The notes beneath the pieces are model-generated. The model saw only the letters and a program-made list of their open reading frames with translations. It had not been told where the DNA came from and searched no databases. From Polyangiaceae bacterium (lineage in GTDB: Bacteria > Myxococcota_A > Polyangia > Polyangiales > Polyangiaceae), in contig CBDCTZ010000016.1 of NCBI GenBank assembly GCA_965222375.1, forward strand, positions 768,001 to 832,000: DNA of 64,000 nt. Direction: 5' to 3'. Shown here one piece after another: positions 1-8,942 of the stretch (position 1 is its first letter; every line of letters begins with the position of its first letter). Position numbers and translations under genes: made by a program.

Positions 1-310
1 GATCGATGGCGGGATGGCAGAGCCAGCTCTTGGCACTGGAGATGACCCGCTGTGGAGCCTCCACGGCGCGGGCGCGGGCGAGCTCCCCGACGCAGAAGCG
101 GCGGCTTTCGTCCCAAGGCAGAGCGAGGGCGCTTTCGACCTCGGTCGCGAAGTAGAGGAAGGACGGCAGGAGCGCCTGCTCTTCCAACTGTCCGCGAGCG
201 ACGAGCTGAGCGGTGGGTTCGACTTTGGGCGCATCGGCCTTGTCGGACAGCTCGATGGACGCGAGGGCGGTGTGGGTCGTGCCGAGATCGATCCCAAACG
301 CGCGGCTCAT
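1..310 (-). CDS. Hsp70/DnaK-family protein, N-terminal part (runs off the window)
   Basis: Not in ORF track. ATG at 310 on the - strand reads MSRAFGIDLGTTHTALA...LLPSFLYF...RVISSAKSWLCH, with the Hsp70 GIDLGTT phosphate-1 motif. Starts immediately after the DUF2760 stop. Confidence 0.85.
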   Translation of the reverse strand, partial: MSRAFGIDLGTTHTALASIELSDKADAPKVEPTAQLVARGQLEEQALLPSFLYFATEVESALALPWDESRRFCVGELARARAVEAPQRVISSAKSWLCHPAID

Positions 311-862
311 CTACAGCTCCAGCTCGGCTGCGGCCAGGACGCTGGCGTCGTGATCCCCGACGAGCTCGGGCAAGTGGATTTCCTCGGCGAGCCAACCACG
401 ATGACGCAGCGTACCTGCGTAGGGGCCAGAGCCGACGACATCGCCAACGAGCTTCATACGGTCGGCGTCGATGGGGGCTTCGACTTTGAGCTGAGCGCCT
501 TCGTCTTCGTCCCGAACCGGTACGACCCTGACGTGACCATCGAGTGCCTTGCGACAGCCTTCGTGAACGACGCGCGCGGCGGCGCCGATTTCGTCGTCGG
601 AGAAGTCCGCCACGTCTTGGCGCAGGAAATCCACGAGTCTGCCTTCGCGCTGGAGCAATCCCAAGAGTTGAAGTGCGGGCGTCAAGTCGCGCTCGGGCTC
701 GGACTCGGACTCGGACTCGGCGCTGCTTGGTGCCGGTGGCAACGCCGCGGGCTCTTCGAACAGGCTGAGCGCTCGCCTGGCAAACGAGCCATCGAAGAGC
801 ACGCGGAAGAAGAGCGAGAAGCTGAGTCCCAGGCGGCCAAGAAACGATACGGGTGCACTCAC
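311..862 (-). CDS. DUF2760-like protein
   Basis: ALQLLGLLQREGRLVDFL...IGAAARVVHEGCRK...GTLRHRGW motifs. GTG start at 862 chosen because TATGCT lies 6 nt upstream. Confidence 0.8.
   Translation of the reverse strand: MSAPVSFLGRLGLSFSLFFRVLFDGSFARRALSLFEEPAALPPAPSSAESESESEPERDLTPALQLLGLLQREGRLVDFLRQDVADFSDDEIGAAARVVHEGCRKALDGHVRVVPVRDEDEGAQLKVEAPIDADRMKLVGDVVGSGPYAGTLRHRGWLAEEIHLPELVGDHDASVLAAAELEL
692..720. repeat. 6-nt tandem repeat (CTCGGA/G, about 5 copies) encoding an (ES)n linker
   Basis: ctcgggctcggactcggactcggactcgg read directly. Confidence 0.8.
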
Positions 863-1127
863 GGCGCGAGCATACGTGGGCGCCGCGACAAAGCCAGCGT
901 GGAGGGTGCGGCGCAGGATGACAACCCTCGCCGCTAGCGCGATCGTGCATCCACCCATTCAGGGCGGCGCTGCGAAAACCCGAATGCTATCGGGCTAGAG
1001 TGCCAGATTCGGCTGCTTTCTCGCAGGATTTCGCCTCCTGAGACCCGAAGGGTGGAGTGTTGGTCGCGAGCGTACACTTGAACGCGGCTTCTCTCCGCAG
1101 GTCACGCCATCCACAGGAGCTTACCAA

Positions 1128-2177
1128 ATGACGCGTATGAAGGGACAGACGACTAGTACCTGCTCCGAGGCTCTGTGCCTTTGGGGCGCGCGACTGGCTG
1201 TGACGTGCGGGCTGATCTTGAGCGGTATTGTCGCGTGCGGTACCAGTGACTCGAATCGCGTCGGGAGTGGCACTGAGGCCGGAGGTGACGGAAACGCGGC
1301 CGGTGGGAGCAGCGGTAGCGGGGGAACGAGCGGAAGCGCTGGTGCCGGCGGCATGGCGGGGAGTGGCGCCACGGCGGGGAGTGGTGCCGCGGCGGGGAGT
1401 GGTGCCGCGGCGGGGAGTTCCGGCGACGGGGGCGGCGCGGTGCCGATCGTGTGCGCACCTGGCGGGGATATGGTGCAGCTCGTGAATTCGGGGCAAGAGC
1501 TGTTGCATGAGAGCTGGCCGACGAACGCACTCACGGGCCACAAGGGATTGTTCGTCGTTGAAAAACACCATCGCGGATATGTTTGGCTCGCGGGGGCCTT
1601 TCCCGACAAACCCTACGATGCGGCGCCGGGAACCTACCCAGTTACGCTCGCGGGGTTGTTGGCGCCGACTACCAGTAAAGCGCCGGGCAGCGTGATCTGT
1701 GCCGCTAACACCAGCGTGGAGATAAAGGCCGAGCCTAACACCGTGTCTCGGACGCTGCATGGAACCGCTGCGAACGTGCTTGGCGCCTGTCCCGGGAATC
1801 CTGTCCCCGGAAGCTTGGACTTGTGTTCGACCTGCAGCGGCGTGCCGCCGGTGAACGGTAGTATCAACGGCATTGCGCCGGTGGACGTCAACGTCGGCAC
1901 TCTTTCTGGATTGGGTCCGTACGTCGATCTCGATACTGCGGACTTCACGATTCGAAGCTTTGCCGCCGGATTCCCCCAGAGCGGCAAGTCCGGCGTTATC
2001 GATTTCGCAATCGTGTTTTCCAAACCAGACGGACCCTATCAGGGGGCCGTCTTCTGTGCCGGCTCGGGATCGACTTGGGACTACACGACGAACCACCGAA
2101 TATCGCTGAGGTCGTTCAGCCTACTCGGCAACTGCAAGACCGCACCGGGCAAGGCAGAATTGCGCGTGTGTTTTTGA
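1128..2177 (+). CDS. Putative lipoprotein with Gly/Ser/Ala linker and Cys-containing C-terminal domain
   Basis: AGGAG SD upstream; hydrophobic stretch ending IVAC; GGSSGSGG linker; paired Cys. Confidence 0.7.
   Translation: MTRMKGQTTSTCSEALCLWGARLAVTCGLILSGIVACGTSDSNRVGSGTEAGGDGNAAGGSSGSGGTSGSAGAGGMAGSGATAGSGAAAGSGAAAGSSGDGGGAVPIVCAPGGDMVQLVNSGQELLHESWPTNALTGHKGLFVVEKHHRGYVWLAGAFPDKPYDAAPGTYPVTLAGLLAPTTSKAPGSVICAANTSVEIKAEPNTVSRTLHGTAANVLGACPGNPVPGSLDLCSTCSGVPPVNGSINGIAPVDVNVGTLSGLGPYVDLDTADFTIRSFAAGFPQSGKSGVIDFAIVFSKPDGPYQGAVFCAGSGSTWDYTTNHRISLRSFSLLGNCKTAPGKAELRVCF
1356..1418 (+). repeat. 18-nt tandem repeat x3.5 encoding AGSGA(T/A)
   Basis: gcggggagtgg(c/t)gcc(a/g)cg repeated. Confidence 0.85.
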
Positions 2178-2341
2178 GGTAGCCGAGACGCGGCGGGCTC
2201 ACACAGTCGGAGCCTATGGGTTGCGCACATGCAGCGCTCTGCTCGTCCCGCCGTGGTGTCACGCGGCCGCGCGGATGGGCTCGGGAGTAGTGCCCCAGGG
2301 GAAACAGGGAACCGACCCCAACCCCAGCCAGAAACCTTACA

Positions 2342-2374
2342 ATGTCCAGTGTTAACAATGTTAATATTGGACAT
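2342..2374. promoter_or_regulatory. AT-rich 33-bp imperfect inverted repeat, candidate operator or recombination site
   Basis: ATGTCCAGTGTTAACA-A-TGTTAATATTGGACAT; 14/16 arm match. Confidence 0.5.
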
Positions 2375-2434
2375 CTTCCTCGAGCTGGCAGAGCGACCAC
2401 CGGGTTGTCGGTTCTCGCGCTATGTTCCGACGCC

Positions 2435-3514
2435 ATGGCCGTCGTGCTTTCACGTTTGCTTGGCATTCTCGACGAGATTGCGCCCCTCACCTACGCGGAG
2501 GAGTGGGACAACGTCGGCCTGCTGATCGACCCGGCGGGCACCGCCGCCATCAGCGTTTCACGCCTGCTCTTGACCATCGACTTGACTCCTCCGGTCGTGA
2601 ACGAGGCCGCGGAGCGACGCGCGGACATGATTGTCGCCTACCACCCGCCGATCTTCAGGCCCCTGAAGCGATTGCGGCAAAGCGCGCCCGGCGAGCGGGT
2701 CGTGATGCAGGCCATTCGCGCGGGATTGCCGGTGTATTCGCCGCACACCGCGGTCGATGCGGCACCGGGTGGCGTCAACGATTGGCTGGCCCAGGGGCTC
2801 GGTCCCGGTGTGTGTCGGCCCCTCCAGCAAGCGACCAACAAGGCCCAAGCCGGTGAGTGTCGGGTCGGGGTACTGACGAATCCCGATGAGGTGGCGACGC
2901 TGCAGCGCGCCTTGGTCAAAGAGGTTGGCGTCCGTCGCATCGCCAGCACTGGTGCCCAGCGAGCCGACATGAACGGGCGGCGGCGGGACGATCTGTGGCT
3001 CGAGTTCGTCACCAAGCGCGCAGCTCTGACCAGTGTGGCCGAGGTGCTGTCGCGAGTTCGCGACGGAGGCGACGTGGTGTGGGACGCCGTGCCCCTGGCC
3101 GACAAGCCGCATCTGGGCGCCGGCATGGGTCGGAGCGTGGCATTGCAGGATGCGCTGAAGCTCCCGGAAATCGTTGCGGCCATGAAGGAACACTTGGGCC
3201 TGAAGTCCCTTCGGGTCGCAGCGGCCGAAGGTCACGAACGTGGCGAACAGATTGAACGCGTGGCCGTATGCGCCGGGGCGGGTGGTTCGCTATTCGAAGG
3301 CCGATCGGGTTACGGCTTGTACATCACCGGGGAAATGCGCCACCACGACGTCCGCGAAAAAGTCGCCGCAGGAGCCAGCGTGATCCTGTGCGGGCACACC
3401 AATACGGAGCGTGGCTACCTGCCGCACTTGGCCAAGCGTATCGACACAGCGTGTCGGGGCGAACTCAAGGTCATGCGATCGAAGCGAGATCGCGATCCCT
3501 TGATCGTCGTGTAG
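2435..3514 (+). CDS. Nif3-like dinuclear metal centre hexameric protein (YbgI/YqfO family) with central insertion
   Basis: EEWDNVGL, YHPPIF, HTAVDAAPGGVND, TGEMRHH, GHTNTE motifs. Confidence 0.9.
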   Translation: MAVVLSRLLGILDEIAPLTYAEEWDNVGLLIDPAGTAAISVSRLLLTIDLTPPVVNEAAERRADMIVAYHPPIFRPLKRLRQSAPGERVVMQAIRAGLPVYSPHTAVDAAPGGVNDWLAQGLGPGVCRPLQQATNKAQAGECRVGVLTNPDEVATLQRALVKEVGVRRIASTGAQRADMNGRRRDDLWLEFVTKRAALTSVAEVLSRVRDGGDVVWDAVPLADKPHLGAGMGRSVALQDALKLPEIVAAMKEHLGLKSLRVAAAEGHERGEQIERVAVCAGAGGSLFEGRSGYGLYITGEMRHHDVREKVAAGASVILCGHTNTERGYLPHLAKRIDTACRGELKVMRSKRDRDPLIVV

Positions 3515-3518
3515 CGCC

Positions 3519-4415
3519 TCACTCTTTGGCGCGGCCGAAGATCTTGGCGCCGACGGGGACGGACGAGGTGATCCATTGATTGCCACCGATGATGGCACCT
3601 TTGCCTATCACCGTGCCGCCCCCGAGGATGGTCGCTCCGGAATAGATGGTGACGTCGTCTTCCAGGGTTGGATGGCGTTTGGTGGCCGGGTCGAACTCTC
3701 TGCGCTCGCTGCGCTTCGTCGACAGCGCGCCGAGGGTGACGCCCTGATACACCTTGACGTTGCGACCAATCACACTGGTTTCGCCGATCACGACGCCGGT
3801 GCCATGATCCACGAAGAAACGCTCGCCGATCTTGGCGCCCGCGTGAATGTCGATCCCGGTCTCGCCGTGGGCGTATTCGCAGATGATGCGGGGCACCATC
3901 GGCACGCGCTCTTTGTACAGCGCGTGGGCAATTCGGTAGGCTGTGATCGCTTCGAGGGTCGGATAGGAAAAGACGATTTCCTCGATGCTCTTTGCGGCCG
4001 GGTCTCCATCGTAGGCTGCCAACACGTCGGTATTCAGAATGCGGCGTAGCTCCGGCAAGGACTGGAAGAGGCGCAGCACCACGTCCTCGTTCCAGCCGTC
4101 CGCGCGGCTGATGTCCACGCGCCCGACACGCTCTTCGTAGGTGACTGCACGAGCGATCTGTTCGACGAGGATCTCGTACGCAGGGTACAAATGCTCGCTC
4201 AGACTGTGACGCAAATTGGAGCGACTTAGCGAGCGGGTGGAATAGAAGCCCATGTACAGCGCCGTCTTCAGGCAGTTGAAGGCTTCGATGACGGCGCGCT
4301 TGTTGGGCAGGGCCGCACTCTCGAGATTGTTGATCTCTTCCGGGCCGTCGTAACTCTCGACGACGCCGTCGATGCTGCGTTCCAGATCTTCGATGCGGAT
4401 TAGTGGGCGGGACAT
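3519..4415 (-). CDS. cysE: Serine O-acetyltransferase (EpsC/CysE type)
   Basis: GDPAA, TGIDIHAGAKIG, DHGTGVVIGET, YQGVTLGA, KRHPTL hexapeptide motifs. Confidence 0.9.
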   Translation of the reverse strand: MSRPLIRIEDLERSIDGVVESYDGPEEINNLESAALPNKRAVIEAFNCLKTALYMGFYSTRSLSRSNLRHSLSEHLYPAYEILVEQIARAVTYEERVGRVDISRADGWNEDVVLRLFQSLPELRRILNTDVLAAYDGDPAAKSIEEIVFSYPTLEAITAYRIAHALYKERVPMVPRIICEYAHGETGIDIHAGAKIGERFFVDHGTGVVIGETSVIGRNVKVYQGVTLGALSTKRSERREFDPATKRHPTLEDDVTIYSGATILGGGTVIGKGAIIGGNQWITSSVPVGAKIFGRAKE

Positions 4416-4678
4416 GTGAGGACGCACACGGAAGAAGTCGCTGTTGACAGCAGCCAGCGGAGCCTCGGAGGCACCACCTATCGTCGGCTTCTTGATCACT
4501 GTAGCGCTCCCTACTGCTCGGCTGCAGCCCAGGTTTCAGCCTGAGGTGACGGCCTATTTGGCTATCGTTGCACGTTCCGTCAACGCAGCGGGTCGGTCCT
4601 TGGATTGTAAGCAGCTGAAGTTATTGGCTATTTCTGACCAAAATTGCCTCCATGGCGATGCGTGCGCATCTTCTCGCC

Positions 4679-5179
4679 ATGAGCGATTCGAAACCGCCCG
4701 CCTCCAGCGATGAGCCCGATACCCAGAGCGCCGAGCCCAACTCCAACTCCCGGGCCGCTTCTCAAGATCTAGCCGATGGGCTGGAGCTGATGCTGCGCGC
4801 GGCTCGCAAGGTCGTGAAAAGGGTCGACCCAGCGAAGATCGAGACGGCGGGTCGCCGAGCCATGGATAACCTCGAGTCCTTGGATGCAAAGAAGGTTGGC
4901 GATTTCGGAAAGAAGGCTGCGAAGAACCTCGACCCCAAGAAGATTGAGGAAGTCGCGGGCGATGCGGGGCGCGAGCTCTTGAGCGTGATCGAGCGAGTTG
5001 CCGACCGCATGGAGAAGATCGTCGACCGCGCCATGACCGAGGAAGAGGGCGGCGACAAAGCGTCGGGCGAAGCAAAGGGCGACGCGAAGTCAGAGCCGCC
5101 GCCGGCTGAATCAAAGGCCCCCTCGGACGGTGCGGGCAGCTCGAGGCCTCCGCCGCGAGTGCGCGTCGACGACGCCTGA
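4679..5179 (+). CDS. Hypothetical charged helical protein
   Basis: Coding-like ORF filling the gap; internal D(P/A)xK repeats. Confidence 0.7.
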   Translation: MSDSKPPASSDEPDTQSAEPNSNSRAASQDLADGLELMLRAARKVVKRVDPAKIETAGRRAMDNLESLDAKKVGDFGKKAAKNLDPKKIEEVAGDAGRELLSVIERVADRMEKIVDRAMTEEEGGDKASGEAKGDAKSEPPPAESKAPSDGAGSSRPPPRVRVDDA

Positions 5180-5183
5180 CGAG

Positions 5184-5573
5184 CTAGCCGGCGTCGCGGC
5201 CTTTGCGCCGAACGATTGCGATGCCAAGGCCAGCTAGGCTGAGTAACCCCGGTAGAGCGCCGAAGCTCAGGCCGAGCGTCGTGCAGGTTCCCGCCTCTTC
5301 GTAGCCCACTCTGCGAATCGTCTCGCGTTGGGTGGGGTCGATGCTGTTGCCAGACACGGCGCCGTCGACCACGCTCTTGCCGTAGCTGGTGCCGATCACG
5401 CCCGCCGCGGGAACCGTGAGCGTGAGGCAGAAGGCTACCAGCGCGATTGGGAGGCCCCACTTCCGCGTGAAGAACGCCAGCCCGATCGCGATGAGCGCCC
5501 CCACGAGCGAGACGATGGTTAGCAGCAGGACGAGGTAAGCTGCCCAGCCGCATTCCATGAAGGTCTGGGCCAT
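5184..5573 (-). CDS. Small 3-TM membrane protein, MotA/TolQ/ExbB-like
   Basis: N-terminal FMECGW plus TM; GVIGTSYG helix resembles the GLLGTVxG of TolQ/ExbB; third TM at the C-terminus. Confidence 0.5.
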   Translation of the reverse strand: MAQTFMECGWAAYLVLLLTIVSLVGALIAIGLAFFTRKWGLPIALVAFCLTLTVPAAGVIGTSYGKSVVDGAVSGNSIDPTQRETIRRVGYEEAGTCTTLGLSFGALPGLLSLAGLGIAIVRRKGRDAG

Positions 5574-5574
5574 C

Positions 5575-7326
5575 CTAGCCCTTTGCCGCCTTCTTGGGTT
5601 CTGTGGGAACGAGTCCGCCGAGACCGGCCTGGATGTCGGGGTGGGTGAGGGGATCCCGGGAAGCTTCACGCACGACCCGCTTGCCCTCGGCTCCGCCCAC
5701 TCGCACAAGGGCCCGAGCCACGGACAATACCGCGTTGACCAGCTCTTTCTGGTCCGCGGTCGCGCGGTAGAGAGCGAAGAAGGTTTTCAGCTCGTCGACT
5801 TCGGAACCCGTCGAGAGCTTTTCGAGCGCGCGGGCGGCGCGTTGAATGTCGTCGGGTGTATTGGCTGGATCGTTCAGATGCTTCGCCAGCAGCGGTGCAG
5901 CCCGAGATTCGTCCATAGCCGCCAGGGCGTCGGCCATGGGACCGACGGGAGGTGGACGCAGCACATCCGTCAAGAAGTCGTAGTGCTTGGACAGGGACTC
6001 GAGCATGTGTTCCGCGCCGGTCCGGCGAGCGGAAAGCAGCTGCCGCGCGTCCTTCAAGAGCAGCGGAGGGGTGCGCGAGTTTTCCGCCAGGTCGATCAGG
6101 ACCTTGGTCACGAAGGCCTCTTTCATGGTTCCGAGCTCCCGCAGCAGAAAGCGCTGGGCGACGGCCATTTCTGCCTCGCGCACCTCGATGGCTTTGGCGA
6201 TCTGCTGTGCCAAGGGTGCAGGGGGGTTCCCTCGCGTGATGCTGAAGTTGCCTGCCTGCACGACGCAACCACGAATGTCGCCGTCGAAGCTCAGAGTGCC
6301 CGAGTCCCCGCCGATCTCGTCTCGGAGCACGACCTTGCCGCTTTCCGTGCAGAAGGCGAAACCGCCCTTGGTGCCTGCACCACCGATCACGTCAGAGTCT
6401 GTGGTGCTGACCCAATGCAGCTTCCCTTCCGTGGCACCGAGGCCAATGACGATGCGAAAGTAGGTAGCCGCGAAACGGCCGCCGCTGAGCTGTTCGCCGC
6501 TGGGGTGTGCGAACAGGCGGATACGCTGCCGGGCGGTGGCGGTTGCTGGAGTGACCGAGGCGCCGTCCGTGAACCAAAGCGGTTTGCCCGGAAGCTCCCG
6601 AGTGGGCAAAGTGACCTGGGTGCCCTGTTGTTGAACCGCGCCACCGATTCGCTCATCGAAGCGCACTAGAGACAGCTCGCCGAAATAGATGCTGCCGCCC
6701 AGATTCGCCGCGTGGCTCACTTGCTCACGCAGGAGCAAGCGGCCAACTTCGTTTCCGCCTTCCAAGTCGACCGCCGAAACGTATTGATTACCCCAGGGCA
6801 CGAAGGCGATGCCGCCTTGCACCGCGGGAGTGCCAACCTCGGGCTCGGGGGTGAGCTTCCGGATCACCCGGCCATCCCGCGCGACCGCGAGGAAGAGGCT
6901 GCTGCCTCCCGTGGCGCTGCCCAGGCTTACCACGGTCGTCGCGCCGTCATCTCCTGCGCCGCGCAGGCTTCGACCTTCAGACTCCGTCTCCCACAGCTGG
7001 CGTCCAGTCTTGGCGTCCAGCGCGAACACCGAGCCAGCGTTGGTTGCCACGACCACGCCGCCGCTGACGCTCGGCATCGAGTCGACCTTGCCCGCGTGTT
7101 TCCAGGTCCCGGAACCATCCAACAACACTCCGGAAAGCCCGCTGTGCGTCACGGCCACGGCCACGCCGGGTCCTGCCTCGACCCGGGCGCCCGCGACTTT
7201 CTTCTGCACGGCGGCAATCGACTTGCCCCCGTCGTTCTGCCACTCCGGGGAAAACACCCGGCCTCCTCCAGAGCCTCCCGCGCAGCCAACGGCCGCGAAC
7301 ACGCCGATCCAAATCGCGCTTTTCAT
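5575..7326 (-). CDS. Lipoprotein with PQQ-like beta-propeller and C-terminal HEAT-like repeats
   Basis: Lipobox AVGC; VFALDAKTGRQLW propeller repeat; helical ARALEKL/ARALVRVG repeats. Confidence 0.75.
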   Translation of the reverse strand: MKSAIWIGVFAAVGCAGGSGGGRVFSPEWQNDGGKSIAAVQKKVAGARVEAGPGVAVAVTHSGLSGVLLDGSGTWKHAGKVDSMPSVSGGVVVATNAGSVFALDAKTGRQLWETESEGRSLRGAGDDGATTVVSLGSATGGSSLFLAVARDGRVIRKLTPEPEVGTPAVQGGIAFVPWGNQYVSAVDLEGGNEVGRLLLREQVSHAANLGGSIYFGELSLVRFDERIGGAVQQQGTQVTLPTRELPGKPLWFTDGASVTPATATARQRIRLFAHPSGEQLSGGRFAATYFRIVIGLGATEGKLHWVSTTDSDVIGGAGTKGGFAFCTESGKVVLRDEIGGDSGTLSFDGDIRGCVVQAGNFSITRGNPPAPLAQQIAKAIEVREAEMAVAQRFLLRELGTMKEAFVTKVLIDLAENSRTPPLLLKDARQLLSARRTGAEHMLESLSKHYDFLTDVLRPPPVGPMADALAAMDESRAAPLLAKHLNDPANTPDDIQRAARALEKLSTGSEVDELKTFFALYRATADQKELVNAVLSVARALVRVGGAEGKRVVREASRDPLTHPDIQAGLGGLVPTEPKKAAKG

Positions 7327-8201
7327 GACTCGTCCTCCGCGCTCTCGCTGACGCCGCCCAAAGCCTTCACGGCAGCGTCGAGGGCCTGCTTCACGCGTTT
7401 GCTCCAGTTCTTCGGCCAGCGCTCGGCAACATCGGCGAGGTAGTTGCCGGAGTCTTTGGTGCCCAGCTCACGCAGCCGACCGACAATGCGGATCTTCTGC
7501 GCGTCGGGCATCTCCTTGGGAGGGCGGAACAAGATCTGATCGAATCCACTAGTGACGACGTCGAAGGGCATCTTGCCAAGGTAGCCCGCCAGCTTCTCGC
7601 ACTCCTTGGGTTTGCACAGCTGGCCAATCGACGCCGCGGCCTCGCCCACGTTGTGAGACAACGCCGCGAACAGGTCCGGCAGCGCCTCGCGTGCGTTGAG
7701 GGATCCGAGCCCGCTCGCCGCGATGCCGCGGACTCGCGCGTCGGGGCTGCGAAGCGCTGCCCTGAGCGCCTTGACTGCCACGGGGCCGCCGGTCTTGAGC
7801 AGGGCCTTGCTTGCCGCCCGACGTACATCTGGATTTCGATGCCGATAGTAGGGAGCGATGGCAGTGCTCGAGCTCTTCTGCTCCAAGCCGCCGAGTACCT
7901 CCAGGGCGCGGGACAGGATCGGCACGCTGGCGCCGCGCCGCACCAGCTTCTCGATGTGAGGGGTAGCGACTTTGCCCCCGGCCTCTGCATCCTCGACCTG
8001 CTTCAAGGCCGCCAGGATGCGCTTGGCATCGCCACTCTCTAGCTCCGCTCTGATCTTGGCGGCGCTGATTTTGGACGCAGCTGCTTTGGTTTTGCCTTTG
8101 CCTTGGGCGAAAGCGCTTGGAGCGGCGGTCGCGAAGGCTAGAGTGCAAGCGGCCAGAATCCCGAAGCGGGCCCTCGAGCGTAATACAGTCATTCTCCCCA
8201 T
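7323..8201 (-). CDS. Secreted HEAT-repeat protein
   Basis: Signal peptide ending AFA-Q; HRNPDVRRAASKAL and SPDARVRGIAASGLG repeats; ATGA overlap with next gene. Start is 8201 or 8192. Confidence 0.75.
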   Translation of the reverse strand: MGRMTVLRSRARFGILAACTLAFATAAPSAFAQGKGKTKAAASKISAAKIRAELESGDAKRILAALKQVEDAEAGGKVATPHIEKLVRRGASVPILSRALEVLGGLEQKSSSTAIAPYYRHRNPDVRRAASKALLKTGGPVAVKALRAALRSPDARVRGIAASGLGSLNAREALPDLFAALSHNVGEAAASIGQLCKPKECEKLAGYLGKMPFDVVTSGFDQILFRPPKEMPDAQKIRIVGRLRELGTKDSGNYLADVAERWPKNWSKRVKQALDAAVKALGGVSESAEDES

Positions 8202-8258
8202 GGTGAACGTCGATGTACCCTCGGCCGACCTGACCGGCAAGCCCGAGAGCAAGGAACT

Positions 8259-8942
8259 ATGAGCGAATCGAAGCGCGGCATTCCCTCGCCGCCCCATGTA
8301 CGCCTGGAAACCGTGGAGGATCGTTCCCCGCCAGATAGTGGCGGTTTCCTGCGTCTCGTGCGGCGGCGCTATCTCGCTCACTACCCCGACGGAGAAACGA
8401 GCGCGCCATTCAATTACGACGAGGTGGACCGGCCCGCCATCGACGCAGTGGTCGTGCTCGCCCATTTTCGGGCCGAGGACGGAACCAAGCGTGTCTACCT
8501 GCGGAGCGCTGTTCGACCGCCGATGGTCATGCGTGACCGAAGCCGCTCTCCGGTTGAAGAGTTGGAGACTCTCGGTTGCGCTTGGGAGTTGCCCGCGGGC
8601 TTGGTGGAGAGCGACGAGCAGACCGAAGCCGGCCTGCGCACCGGAGCCAAGCGAGAGTTGCTGGAGGAACTCGGTTTCGATGTTGCGGAGGCCGACCTGC
8701 AGGCCTTGGGGCCGAGCACCTTCCCGGCGCCCGGGATTTGTGCCGAACGGCACTTCTTCTTCCATGTGGGTGTCGAGCCGACGAAGCGCAGGGAGCCGGA
8801 GAACGATGGTTCTCCGCTGGAGCACGGCGGGGCCGTCATTGACGTGGCTCTGGAGCAAGCGCTGGATGCGTGTCGCGCAGGGCAGTTGGAAGACGCGAAG
8901 ACCGAATTGGGCCTGCGCCGCTTCGCGGAGTTGTCCATATGA
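8259..8942 (+). CDS. NUDIX hydrolase (ADP-ribose pyrophosphatase-like)
   Basis: WELPAGLVE...AKRELLEELG Nudix box; C-terminal DAKTE. Confidence 0.85.
   Translation: MSESKRGIPSPPHVRLETVEDRSPPDSGGFLRLVRRRYLAHYPDGETSAPFNYDEVDRPAIDAVVVLAHFRAEDGTKRVYLRSAVRPPMVMRDRSRSPVEELETLGCAWELPAGLVESDEQTEAGLRTGAKRELLEELGFDVAEADLQALGPSTFPAPGICAERHFFFHVGVEPTKRREPENDGSPLEHGGAVIDVALEQALDACRAGQLEDAKTELGLRRFAELSI

Noticed and set aside
14..937. 307-aa + strand ORF and other long antisense ORFs (e.g. 5557-6669, 55559-57115, 57724-58929)
   Set aside because: Shadow ORFs opposite motif-bearing genes, as expected at high GC.
2342..2374. Palindrome as a chromosomal dif site or integron attC
   Set aside because: Does not fit the 11-6-11 XerC/XerD layout with TTATGTTAAAT, nor RYYYAAC...GTTRRRY; kept only as an unexplained palindrome.
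4416..4600. Possible SAM or SAH riboswitch in the long leader of cysE (- strand fragments GGAGCGCT, ATCAAGA, GGTGCC, AGGCTC)
   Set aside because: The fragments are not in an order or pairing that rebuilds SAM-I or SAH structures; an Infernal/Rfam scan would be needed.
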